From a virus, in the IMG/VR virus record IMGVR_UViG_3300003430_000799: a stretch of DNA of 64,000 bases; one strand, 5' to 3'. Made by a program: the position numbers and the translations under genes. Positions 50,525 through 59,978 of this stretch are shown piece by piece. Each line of letters begins with the position of its first letter. The first letter of the stretch is position 1. Below the pieces are notes generated by a model, which was given only the letters and a program-made list of their open reading frames with translations, was not told the DNA's origin and made no database searches.

Positions 50525-50965
50525 TTATTTTAAGTATTTTAGTTTATATATTGTTTGATTCAAAAGTGTACAGACATTATCAATTTCATTCTGTAACCAA
50601 CTATCTTTACAACAATCCCTAAGTTTGGTTACTTTATCACAAACATTATGAAAGAAAGATACAGTTGATTCATTACCTTTATATTCAACTAAAGGATAGT
50701 TTTTATAACCTTTAACAATACCATATTTACCTTGATACGATTCTGTAATACTATCTATGAGACCAACAATTCCATCATAATAACCTTCTAATGCCTTATG
50801 TTCGGCAAATGATTCAGTTTGAAGGTGAAATGTGTGTGCTTGAGTTCTTGAATGAAATAACAATGATATCATTTCAACAAAATCACCTTTATCTGATTCT
50901 TGTTCTAGGATTAAACCTCTTTTCTTAGCTTCTTCCATTACTGTTTTTTTAATTTTATCTTCCAT
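50525..50965 (-). CDS. Ferritin/Dps-like four-helix protein
   Basis: HTFHLQTESFAEHKAL..YY...D...ESYQG...YKL. Confidence 0.75.
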   Translation of the reverse strand: MEDKIKKTVMEEAKKRGLILEQESDKGDFVEMISLLFHSRTQAHTFHLQTESFAEHKALEGYYDGIVGLIDSITESYQGKYGIVKGYKNYPLVEYKGNESTVSFFHNVCDKVTKLRDCCKDSWLQNEIDNVCTLLNQTIYKLKYLK

Positions 50966-51076
50966 ATTTTTTTATTTATAAATATAACAATAAAATGAAA
51001 AAAGGAGACAATTACGTCTCCTTTTATAGGACCGATAGAATCGGACTCCACCACCTCATTTTTCTAAATAAGGAAA

Positions 51077-51208
51077 CTACTTCTTATGGCAAGAACTATC
51101 TTTTTCAACCTTGTGACAGGTTTTCTCAACTTTAGCGCAACAAGCTTTCTTTGCTGGACAACAAGCTACCATAAGAACTACAAACATACCAAATAAAAAC
51201 AATTTCAT
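51077..51208 (-). CDS. Small Cys/His-rich lipoprotein, 43 aa (below cutoff)
   Basis: MKLFLFGMFVVLMVACCPAKKACCAKVEKTCHKVEKDSSCHKK. Confidence 0.7.
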   Translation of the reverse strand: MKLFLFGMFVVLMVACCPAKKACCAKVEKTCHKVEKDSSCHKK

Positions 51209-51226
51209 ATCCAAGTAATTTAAAGT

Positions 51227-51502
51227 TTATTTTGTGACTAGAGCTTCAATCTTTGATTTGACAATCTCTGTCATATCATAAGTATTTACATTGGTTGTAA
51301 TTATTGAATCAACAAGTTTATCATAAGGAATATGTACCAAAAAGTCAACTCCATTGAAAAATGTTAACGCATTTTTAAGTTCCAAAGAACCTTGAATCAT
51401 TTTAAGAAACAACTTGAATTGAACATCGTTAATGAAATTCTCGTTAAGGATTGTTCCAAATTTTTCATTAACAATCTTGATGTTATACATTGTCGTGTTC
51501 AT
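51227..51502 (-). CDS. Hypothetical protein
   Basis: 91-aa ORF. Confidence 0.75.
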   Translation of the reverse strand: MNTTMYNIKIVNEKFGTILNENFINDVQFKLFLKMIQGSLELKNALTFFNGVDFLVHIPYDKLVDSIITTNVNTYDMTEIVKSKIEALVTK

Positions 51503-51755
51503 TTGTCTGAGTTATTTTATTGTAATTAAAATTACTTGCGAATTCCATTGCATCTTCTAAATTATTCCAACACATTTCAGTCCATAAAGAGTTCCAATAA
51601 ACATCATCTTTTTTTCTGTGAGCTAAAATATACCAAGATAAATTGTGTCTTTCAATTTGTATGTGAAAATTGTTTTTTCTACAATTCCAACTCAATGTAC
51701 GATTTTCAACTTTTTGAATGAATGTGGTTTTGTTTACTACCTTCTTAGTTACCAT
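51483..51755 (-). CDS. Hypothetical protein
   Basis: 90-aa ORF. Confidence 0.65.
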   Translation of the reverse strand: MVTKKVVNKTTFIQKVENRTLSWNCRKNNFHIQIERHNLSWYILAHRKKDDVYWNSLWTEMCWNNLEDAMEFASNFNYNKITQTNEHDNV

Positions 51756-52183
51756 TTTGATTTATTTTGAAGTTCTCTTTGAATATCTCTTTCTTTAATC
51801 AAATTTCTTTTATCGTGAAGTTTGTTCCCTTGTGCCAAGACTATTTCAACTTTAACCAGTCCCCTATCATTAACATAAATTTTGGTTGGGACAATTGTTA
51901 AACCATTAATAAGTTTTGATTTCAATTTATTAAGCTCAGATTTCTTTAATAACAACTTTCTTTCCCTTTTTGGTTCTCCATTTGGTAAAGATATTGAAAT
52001 ATTTTTAACAAACAATTCTTGGTCTTTAAAATAACAATAAGTGTCAGTTAAATTCGCATTTCCATTACGGATGGATTTAACTTCCATTCCTGTCAATACA
52101 ATTCCAGCTTGATAAGTTTCAAGGAATGTATATTCAAATTTGGTTTTTCTATTTTCAATATTCATCTTCGTCTTCATCATCAT
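51749..52183 (-). CDS. smpB: SsrA-binding protein SmpB (central loop shortened)
   Basis: NRKTKFEYTFLETYQAGIVLTGMEVKSIR...RERKLLL...GLTIVP...VKVEIVLAQGNKLHDKR. Confidence 0.9.
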   Translation of the reverse strand: MMMKTKMNIENRKTKFEYTFLETYQAGIVLTGMEVKSIRNGNANLTDTYCYFKDQELFVKNISISLPNGEPKRERKLLLKKSELNKLKSKLINGLTIVPTKIYVNDRGLVKVEIVLAQGNKLHDKRNLIKERDIQRELQNKSKW

Positions 52184-52391
52184 ATTCTAATTCCCAATTT
52201 GCTTCATTAACTTTGTTTTTGACATATTCCTCCAATTCTTTGGCGACTTCCAAGTATTTTTTTCTTAACTCGTGGAATTTTTCATCCTCTATTTCTTTGA
52301 ACGAGGAGTAGTGTTTGAAACAATAGTGGAATCCTTCTTGATTCATTCTATAATGAACATTATTCCAGTTTTCAGCTTCTTCTGCTTTCAT
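52155..52391 (-). CDS. Hypothetical protein
   Basis: EGFHYCFKHYSSF. Confidence 0.75.
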   Translation of the reverse strand: MKAEEAENWNNVHYRMNQEGFHYCFKHYSSFKEIEDEKFHELRKKYLEVAKELEEYVKNKVNEANWELEYDDEDEDEY

Positions 52392-52405
52392 AATAATTTT
52401 ATTTT

Positions 52406-52630
52406 TTAATTCTTAGTTAAATTGGTTTTTATCCAACACCCTATGAATTTAGCTTGTTCAAGTAATTGTTTTTCAAATTCTTTCGCATCTTCATTTTTAA
52501 TGAAAACCTTTGCTTGTCTTCGTGTATCATCTGACCATCCCGTTTTTACATACCAAGTTACAGTCCAACTTTCAACTTCTGTAACTATTTGTATTTTCTC
52601 TTTAGGGAGAAACAATTTTAATAAGTTCAT
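52406..52630 (-). CDS. Hypothetical protein
   Basis: 74-aa ORF. Confidence 0.7.
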   Translation of the reverse strand: MNLLKLFLPKEKIQIVTEVESWTVTWYVKTGWSDDTRRQAKVFIKNEDAKEFEKQLLEQAKFIGCWIKTNLTKN

Positions 52631-52646
52631 ATTTTATTTTTTTAAA

Positions 52647-52883
52647 TTATTTTACCAATTGATAATTTTCATCGTTAATTAATTTCAATACTTTCTTCTC
52701 AACAGTGGTGTTCAATGCTGGTTTTCTTGCCATCTCAGTCAAACCTTTAGAAAAGATGACCTGATACTTCAATGTGTTTTTGTTGTAGTATCTAATGACA
52801 TAGATATATTCACCATTGTTATTAACTAATAAACCATTGCTTTTACCTAATAAAATCTGTCCCAATGTTTTTTCAGTAGTCAT
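52647..52883 (-). CDS. Hypothetical protein
   Basis: Start taken at 52883, after the repeated promoter. Confidence 0.65.
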   Translation of the reverse strand: MTTEKTLGQILLGKSNGLLVNNNGEYIYVIRYYNKNTLKYQVIFSKGLTEMARKPALNTTVEKKVLKLINDENYQLVK

Positions 52884-52918
52884 ATGATTGTGTTTTTTAT
52901 TAAGTGATTCAATACTAT

Positions 52919-53792
52919 TATAACCAATCAAACAACCATAAAGTTCCAAGTTTGATTATTTTTTTTTAGTGTTTATCAATTCCACCACATAGTCAAAAGT
53001 GTGTATATATTTATGTTATAAGTAATAAAAATTACTCAAAATACCCTTGTCCAGAAAACAAAATTTTTTCACCATCATTACGTTTATAAACAATTTCTCC
53101 TGAAATAACATCATTAAGGATGATTGTAACAATTTCATCAAAAATTTCGTTTCCGTAATCAAAAACCCTAACCATATCACCTCTTTTCAAATTAATATTT
53201 TCCATAATCGTAATTTTTACATACTTATAACAGCAAATATGTGTAAGTTTTATTGTTGTGAACACAAAAATAAGAAAAGATTTTTAATAAAAAGAAAACT
53301 CCAATAATTTTTTATTTACTTGAACAGGTAGGTCCCAAACCTCTTTCAATACTTTGACCATCAGTCAATACTCTCCCACAACGTAAACAACTACCAGTAT
53401 GGGAAATTTCAACATTTTCATTCAATAAGTCAAATTTTCCCTCTTCAACTTTGGATAAAACCCAAGCAATCGCTGTGGCAGTAGGAATGTTAACCACATT
53501 TCCTTTATTGTATATTTTACCACTGAAATAAGTTCCAATGCGTTTGAAATTCATATATTCCATCTCCACACTAATGTGAGTGTACCACTTACCATTGAAA
53601 AGGGATTTTGTGATTGTGTAAGTGTACTCCTTACCAGTTTTGAGTGATTTAATCACAAAAGAAGCACCATTATTGTTTTTCTCAGCTTTGATAACCGAAG
53701 TAAGACTTGTTGATGGAATTACGTGTTTCATATTTGATATTATTTGTGATGTTAATAATAGTATAACCAATCAAACAACCATAAAGTTCCAA
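52919..53792 (-). promoter_or_regulatory. Identical 31-bp promoter-like element at 52919-52949 and 53762-53792
   Basis: Minus strand TTGGAACTTTATGGTTGTTTGATTGGTTATA followed by AT or CT (TATAAT/TATACT), each ~30 nt before an ATG. Confidence 0.7.
53312..53731 (-). CDS. Hypothetical protein with C-terminal Zn ribbon (DUF6011-like)
   Basis: CLRCGRVLTDGQSIERGLGPTC. Confidence 0.75.
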   Translation of the reverse strand: MKHVIPSTSLTSVIKAEKNNNGASFVIKSLKTGKEYTYTITKSLFNGKWYTHISVEMEYMNFKRIGTYFSGKIYNKGNVVNIPTATAIAWVLSKVEEGKFDLLNENVEISHTGSCLRCGRVLTDGQSIERGLGPTCSSK

Positions 53793-53899
53793 CCAAATAA
53801 AAAAACTCCAATAATTTTTTACAATTATCGGAGTTCTATATATTGACCAACATAAGAAAGGGAAGTTGGGGATTTGTGAAATATAAATATATCAAATTT

Positions 53900-54286
53900 T
53901 CAAAAAATCTTATTTATTATAAAAAAAAGTTGATTTTCTACCTTTTTAGGTAAAGTTTTTTTGGTATACCAACCACATTCATCGTGTTCACTACCATCAA
54001 TTGCTTCATCCAAATCAATATTTATCTTTTTATCAATCTCATATAAGAACAAATAGAATTTCATTTTTGACCCACCATTCAATGTTGCCACATAATCCAA
54101 GTTATCAACAATCTGATATCCTGTCTCTTCCCTAAACTCCCTTACAGCACCATCTTGAATACTTTCACCTTTCTCCAAATGTCCTCCAGGAACTGACCAA
54201 ATACCTGGTAAACTCCCTTTTTGACTTCTTTTACATAATAAACAATGATTTTTATATTTTAATAAAATACCTGCACAATTTCCCAT
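53900..54286 (-). CDS. Nudix hydrolase
   Basis: PGGHLEKGESIQDGAVREFREETG. Confidence 0.93.
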   Translation of the reverse strand: MGNCAGILLKYKNHCLLCKRSQKGSLPGIWSVPGGHLEKGESIQDGAVREFREETGYQIVDNLDYVATLNGGSKMKFYLFLYEIDKKINIDLDEAIDGSEHDECGWYTKKTLPKKVENQLFFIINKIF

Positions 54287-54312
54287 AATGAATTATTATT
54301 ATATTTATATAT

Positions 54313-54660
54313 ATGAAGTTAAGTATAAATGACAACATTTTCAAGGTAAAAATTCAAACATCACCTGAAGAAACTCAAGAAGGTATGATGAACAAAACCT
54401 TTGACAAAACATTCAATGGAATGTTATTTGTAATGAGAAACCAAGAACATTGTTTTTGGATGAAAAATTGTATTATCCCTTTAGATATAATCTTTATTGA
54501 TAATGATGTCATAACCAAAATATATCACAATTGTCAACCAATGACTGATGAATCACATAAAAATTATTGTGGTGAAGGAAACTTTATACTTGAAGTAAAA
54601 GGTGGAACTTGTAAAAAATTAGGAATAAAAAAGGGGGATAATGTATTATTCCCCCTTTAA
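54313..54660 (+). CDS. DUF192-family protein
   Basis: GMM...GMLF...FWMKNCIIPLDIIFI...LEVKGG. Confidence 0.88.
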   Translation: MKLSINDNIFKVKIQTSPEETQEGMMNKTFDKTFNGMLFVMRNQEHCFWMKNCIIPLDIIFIDNDVITKIYHNCQPMTDESHKNYCGEGNFILEVKGGTCKKLGIKKGDNVLFPL

Positions 54661-54662
54661 TC

Positions 54663-56168
54663 TTAACCTTTCATTACTTTTTTAATAATACCCCTAAAAT
54701 AGTTTTCGTTTACATTGTCCCCTTTCTCGGCATTAATTCTGTCTTTTAGAATTTGAACAAACTCATCTTTTATTTCTTTAATAAAATCAGTTGTTTTGTA
54801 AGGACCAAAACCACCACCTAATGCTGATGTTTGGAAATTAGTAATACATTTGTGTCCGCCACTATTGTTCTTGATTACATCATAAGCAGTTGTATAAATA
54901 GAATCTAATACAGCCAATTCAAATTCACTTAATTCAACATAAGGTTTACTCATTGTTTTACTAACAATTTTTTTCCATTCTTCTAATCCTCTTTCATAAT
55001 CAGGATATTTCTTTGATAAAAAGTTTTCAAACTTTCTTGGTATTTCATTATACCCTTTTATACTATTACCATAAAATGCTACTAGGTCTTTTGCCGTAAA
55101 TCCAACACTCTCACCAGGTACGAATTTTTTACTAGTCTCAGCAACTTTTTTTAATCTATTTGCAGTAATTTTAATTTGTTCCAATTCACTCTTTCTTCCT
55201 TCAAGAATGCCTCTATTTATTTCCCCCAAATCAATTCCTTTTAGTCCTCGTTGTTCCTTAAAAGGATTACAAGAAACTTGTAAAAGTCCAACAGAACCCC
55301 AAGTAATAACTTGAAAATCAGCATCAGGATATAATTTAAAACTCACATATCTATCATATGAACCAGGTTTTATCATACTTCCACCACCATCTTTAATAAT
55401 GATGCCATCTTCATATGATTGTTTACCATAACCTCTCATCTGTTCAATATACTTCTCCCTATTCATCTGTAAATCTTCAACACCTGACCAACCTTCTTCT
55501 TTCATAATTTGTTTTATCTTGTTGAGAATACTAATCAATGAAGGCTCACACTCTAAAACTAATCTTTCTAAAAATCCTTTTTTGTTCTTAAATGCTAATA
55601 ATAATTTGTTGGTAACTAATCCCATCAACATTTTATTTTTTTCTACAGGTAAACCTTTATCAAGATTAAAGATATAATTGTTAACATCATCAATTGAAAT
55701 TCCCATAACCCTAAAGTTGGCCGAATCCACAGTTGAAATTAATTTAATATCTCCTGATGGAAACAAATCTTTTGGTGATAATATACCTGATATTGTTTCA
55801 ACATTAGACCTCGCACTTTTGAAACTTGTTGACGTATCACCCTCAACACCTGATTGTGAATCGTGGTGGTCTGTGTGAATCAAAAACATTGGTTTTCCGT
55901 GAGCAAAGTCAACCAACACAGGCATAACTCCACCACTTGCTTCGGGTTTCTTTATTGCCCATTCTTGGTCACCATATTGGATGACTTCAGCATCAACTAC
56001 TTTGATACCATTATCTTCCAAGTATTTTTTCATTCCTAATGCAGATGTAACTCCATCCAGTCAAAGGTCCTGATGAAAGTAGACCTTCGCTTTTTTGTAG
56101 CGAAGAGCAAGAGAATTAATATCTCTTATTCCACTTTCAATCAGGACCATTTTGTGTGATTTTTTCAT
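54663..56168 (-). CDS. DHH-superfamily phosphoesterase, interrupted by an in-frame TGA (56061-56063) within motif I
   Basis: From ATG 56168: ...VYFHQDL*LDGVTSALGMKKYLE...VLVDF...HTDHHD...VDSA...GGH; the ORF-track start at 56033 lacks motif I. Confidence 0.75.
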
Positions 56169-56236
56169 TTATTGTTTTTTTATTAATAAATATTGAGTTT
56201 TTTATAATATAAAATGTTGGGTTAATTATTTTTAAT

Positions 56237-57160
56237 TTACATCACCAATAATTTCAAAGCGTCAATTGGGTCAACTGATTTAACCATTGATGATAGAGGT
56301 GATGATGTTTGAGGTGGAGTAAATGTTGGTAGTTCAGATTTCATTGGTAATTCACTACCCATAGAACTTAATTGTTGTCCTTGGGGTGTTGATTCAAATT
56401 CGGCCATTTTATCAGCTAAGTCAGGAACTTTTTTGATTAATTCTTCTGGTGGTCCAGAAAAATTACCCAAACCTAGTGAATCTAATAATCCTAAATAAAA
56501 TTTTGTATTATTTGTTAACTTTCTAACAGCTTGTCTACCTAATGGTTTAAATATTAAACCACCTTTACCTGCTTTTACAAATAAATCAACCCATGTCTTT
56601 ACAGTTTCAACTAAACCTTTACCTAACCAAGGAAACTTACCAACACTTTTTTCTAATACCTCAATTAGTTTTACTCCCCATGATGGTGCCTTTTCAATCA
56701 TTTTAGCAACAGGACCTCCAAGATTTTTTGCTGCTTCAGCTATCTTAACGGCATCTTTAGCCAAAACAGCTCCTTTAAATAATTCAGCTCCTTTCCCACC
56801 AAGTTTTAAAACAGAAACAACTGGTGCTGCAATTAAATCACCAAAAATAGGTAATGCTCCAATCCAAGATAAAATAGCATATAATTTATCACCTTGTCTC
56901 CAATAATCAAATCCATTAACCAAATCAATCGCCGAACCAATACCAGGTATTAATCCAGCCCAATCCAAAACAGTGTTATACCATTTAGCTTCGTTTATTG
57001 GAATTTTCACATTAGGATTTAATAATTTAAACATTTCAATTATTATCAACTTGTCATCTTTGGATAATCTATCCCATTTTTCATTAAGAATTTTTATTCT
57101 TTCTTGTTGATAAATTATGTTGATTTTTGTCCTAAACTCTTTTTCAGTTAAGATTTCCAT
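56237..57160 (-). CDS. Protein with pre-toxin-TG-like hydrophobic helical domain
   Basis: LDWAGLIPGIGSAIDLVNG..Y..QGD..YAILSWIGALPIFGD. Confidence 0.6.
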   Translation of the reverse strand: MEILTEKEFRTKINIIYQQERIKILNEKWDRLSKDDKLIIIEMFKLLNPNVKIPINEAKWYNTVLDWAGLIPGIGSAIDLVNGFDYWRQGDKLYAILSWIGALPIFGDLIAAPVVSVLKLGGKGAELFKGAVLAKDAVKIAEAAKNLGGPVAKMIEKAPSWGVKLIEVLEKSVGKFPWLGKGLVETVKTWVDLFVKAGKGGLIFKPLGRQAVRKLTNNTKFYLGLLDSLGLGNFSGPPEELIKKVPDLADKMAEFESTPQGQQLSSMGSELPMKSELPTFTPPQTSSPLSSMVKSVDPIDALKLLVM

Positions 57161-57201
57161 ATTTTTTTATTTATAAATATTAACATAAATAAAAAAAGGG
57201 T

Positions 57202-58035
57202 CTAATTTGACCCTTCTTTCATATTTTTAAAAATATGTGATATCACATCTACAGTCCATCCATTCCCAAGTAATTTAAACCTTTCGGTGTTTGAGACTCC
57301 CCTTGTATAATTTAATGGTACTGTTTGTAATAGTTCACAATCTTGTGGTGTATATTTGTATATCTGACCCAATTCATTTTTACAAAAAGATGAAACCTGT
57401 CCTTTATACATTGATGCCGTTAAACAAGATGCCTTGTCTCTATATGACTTAACAACATCCTTTCTTGTTCCCCTACCATAGAATGGTAAATCTAAATAGT
57501 TTGGATATTTGTCCTTAAAGTCTGGAGTGATAACATCACAAATATTTAATCCCAAATCTTTTGGTTGTGTTATATTTGGAATATTTGTCCAATACAACCT
57601 TGGTCTATTTTGTGCTGAAACTAATCTACTATTAATCTTAATTGGTTTCACACCAAGATGTTCAGTGATTACATCTTGCCATTCTTCTCTCATTACAACA
57701 TTCTCCAATAAAAAATACTTTGGATTTGTTTCTTTTAATAGTCTAACATACTCAAAGAATAATTTACTCCTTGGGTCATCGAAATTCAATTGTTTCCCTA
57801 CCTTTGAGAATCCTTGGCAAGGTGACCCACCTATAAGAAGGTCGATTGGTGGTAAATCACTTCCTTTAATTTCCGTTATATCCCCCAATTGAATTGTGTT
57901 GGGATAATTTTGTTGTGTAACCTTAATTGAACTTTTATCAATCTCGGATGCAAAATACTTATCATATTTTATGCCAATTCTATTTAGGGCAATTTGACCA
58001 CAACTTAACCCATCAAACAAACTTAATACATTCAT
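57202..58035 (-). CDS. C5 cytosine DNA methyltransferase
   Basis: VLSLFDG, GGSPCQGFS, LLENV, QNRPRLYW, LGNGWT. Confidence 0.93.
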   Translation of the reverse strand: MNVLSLFDGLSCGQIALNRIGIKYDKYFASEIDKSSIKVTQQNYPNTIQLGDITEIKGSDLPPIDLLIGGSPCQGFSKVGKQLNFDDPRSKLFFEYVRLLKETNPKYFLLENVVMREEWQDVITEHLGVKPIKINSRLVSAQNRPRLYWTNIPNITQPKDLGLNICDVITPDFKDKYPNYLDLPFYGRGTRKDVVKSYRDKASCLTASMYKGQVSSFCKNELGQIYKYTPQDCELLQTVPLNYTRGVSNTERFKLLGNGWTVDVISHIFKNMKEGSN

Positions 58036-58394
58036 TTAAACACTTCTATTTTTGTTTCTGTTTTTATTAATTCACTCCAAGTACCTTTGTAAGTTGTTGC
58101 TTTGACTGGTCTATTATCAATCCAATGATATTCTTGACCATCCTTACATCTTGGTTTATCCATTATTAGTCCGTGGAATTTGAATCCTTTCAATCTTAAC
58201 CAATCTTCCGTAATATGTCTATCTTTTGACTCTCTTGCGGTAAAAAAAGTTATAATGTTTCCTTCATCATACCACTTATTTAATAGTAATCTACTATCTT
58301 CAAAGTGTAATGCAAATGGAAATAAATGGGAATCTTCATTGTTAATATCTTCGCATATTGTTCCATCAATATCAATCAAAAAAATCTTATTCAT
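58032..58394 (-). CDS. Small HAD-superfamily phosphatase
   Basis: LIDIDGTI, FTAR, MDKP, WIDN. Confidence 0.85.
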   Translation of the reverse strand: MNKIFLIDIDGTICEDINNEDSHLFPFALHFEDSRLLLNKWYDEGNIITFFTARESKDRHITEDWLRLKGFKFHGLIMDKPRCKDGQEYHWIDNRPVKATTYKGTWSELIKTETKIEVFK

Positions 58395-59461
58395 AATTCT
58401 ATGTTTTTAAATATATGTGTTATTACATCAACTGTCCATCCGTTACCTAACATCTTTCTTGCTTGACTATCACTTACAACATTAGTATATCCATTAGGTA
58501 TTGTTTGTAGTCTTTCCATTTCAATTCGGTAAAGTTTTCTGTATTTCCAAGTTGAGTCAACAATAAAATCTAAAGGACTTTCAACAGTTACTAAACAATT
58601 ACCTTTGTTATTTTTATTTGGTGCATACATCTTAAATTCTTTACTCCTTGGAGTTGAATCTCTACCAGTTTCAATTCTTATTTTTCTCCTCATTTCTTTA
58701 CCCTCCTTAGTTCTAGTTTCATAAAATGAAAATGGTACTTCGTTGGATAAATCTATATTAACTCTTTTTCCATTATTCGCATATAGTGTTACAATACCAT
58801 CTTCATTAATGGTTATAGGGTTACCATAAGACTTAGTTAATGAATCTATTTTTTCATCAATAGTCATATTACAAGAGTCATCAACAATGATATCTTTTAA
58901 AGTAATTCCTTTGTCAATTGGTTGATTAATATTTGGAATGTTTGTCCAATATAATCTTCTTCTGTTTTGGGCTGAAACCAAGGTTGAATTTATTTCAATC
59001 GGTTCTAATCCCAAGACATTACTTATTATGGTTTCCCATTTTTTTAACATTTTAACATTCTCCAATAAAAAATATTTTGGTTTAACTTCTTTTAATAGCC
59101 TTACATATTCCCAAAACAAATATGATTGTCCTTGAAATTCAAAACCTTCATCTTTTAATTTAAGATACTGTTCTAATGTTAATATTTCAATATCTTCTTT
59201 TGTTGACATCCCTTTCATTTTACCAGCAAATGAAAGATTTTGACAGGGTGACCCACCACACATCAATGTAATTGTTGGTAAATCACTTCCATTTATTTGT
59301 GTAATATCTCCCAATTGAATCGTGTTAGGATAGTTGTGTTGGGTTACTTTGATACTATGTTTATCTACCTCAGAAGCATAATAATTTTCATATTTAATCC
59401 CAACACGATTCAATGCGATTTGTCCACAACTCATCCCATCAAAAAGACTCAGTACGTTCAT
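58391..59461 (-). CDS. C5 cytosine DNA methyltransferase (paralog, different target-recognition region)
   Basis: VLSLFDG, GGSPCQ, LLENV, LGNGWT. Confidence 0.93.
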   Translation of the reverse strand: MNVLSLFDGMSCGQIALNRVGIKYENYYASEVDKHSIKVTQHNYPNTIQLGDITQINGSDLPTITLMCGGSPCQNLSFAGKMKGMSTKEDIEILTLEQYLKLKDEGFEFQGQSYLFWEYVRLLKEVKPKYFLLENVKMLKKWETIISNVLGLEPIEINSTLVSAQNRRRLYWTNIPNINQPIDKGITLKDIIVDDSCNMTIDEKIDSLTKSYGNPITINEDGIVTLYANNGKRVNIDLSNEVPFSFYETRTKEGKEMRRKIRIETGRDSTPRSKEFKMYAPNKNNKGNCLVTVESPLDFIVDSTWKYRKLYRIEMERLQTIPNGYTNVVSDSQARKMLGNGWTVDVITHIFKNIEL

Positions 59462-59710
59462 TTACTTCTGTAGGTTTTCAATTTTTCTATTAAGATACCA
59501 AAGAGCTTTTTTAAGGTCTTCAACTTCTTTATTTTTATCTTTTTTACCAGCTCTTCCAACATATTTAACTACATTGAATAGATACGCATCTTTGTCAAGT
59601 CCCCAAGCCTCACATACTTTTACGACTTCATATGGGTCTTGTTCTCCCCCATAATGACTGGGGTGGTTAACCATTTCTTTATTTTCCCAAGTTTTCATTA
59701 AGGTCTCCAT
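59462..59710 (-). CDS. DUF3310-like protein
   Basis: VNHPSHY...NVVKYVGRAGKK...EDLKKALWYL. Confidence 0.88.
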   Translation of the reverse strand: METLMKTWENKEMVNHPSHYGGEQDPYEVVKVCEAWGLDKDAYLFNVVKYVGRAGKKDKNKEVEDLKKALWYLNRKIENLQK

Positions 59711-59904
59711 TTTTGATAAGTTGTTTTATTTTGTTCAATATTATCTTCAACATTCTTTTGACTATCAATTAATTTTTCCAAGGTTTCATCAAGTAAACTA
59801 TTTCCCTTTTCTTTTTCTAAAAGGTAGTGTGATAATTGAATAATTTTTGTTTCTTTCCAACCTTTTCCATCGGTTAGAGTCATTCTTAGTTTAAGGTTTT
59901 CCAT
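59698..59904 (-). CDS. Hypothetical protein
   Basis: 68-aa ORF. Confidence 0.65.
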   Translation of the reverse strand: MENLKLRMTLTDGKGWKETKIIQLSHYLLEKEKGNSLLDETLEKLIDSQKNVEDNIEQNKTTYQKWRP

Positions 59905-59978
59905 ATGATTATTAGATTTTAGTAAATAAAAAAAGGTTCTAACTTTTGTCAGAACCTTTAAATAAGTTTGTGTTTAGA

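Noticed and set aside
51028-51054. tmRNA 3' end (hairpin then CTCCACCA) near smpB
   Set aside because: No TTCRA T-loop and no matching 5' acceptor strand or tag frame found. It may still be a small structured element.
56061-56063. Genome-wide TGA reassignment or selenocysteine
   Set aside because: TGA terminates other genes (e.g. 2859, 18248, 26511), and read-through would disrupt DxD spacing.
56066-56148. Hammerhead ribozyme (CTGATGA on the plus strand)
   Set aside because: No correctly placed GAAA after stem II; the heptamer is just the antisense of the (T)CAT CAG codons.
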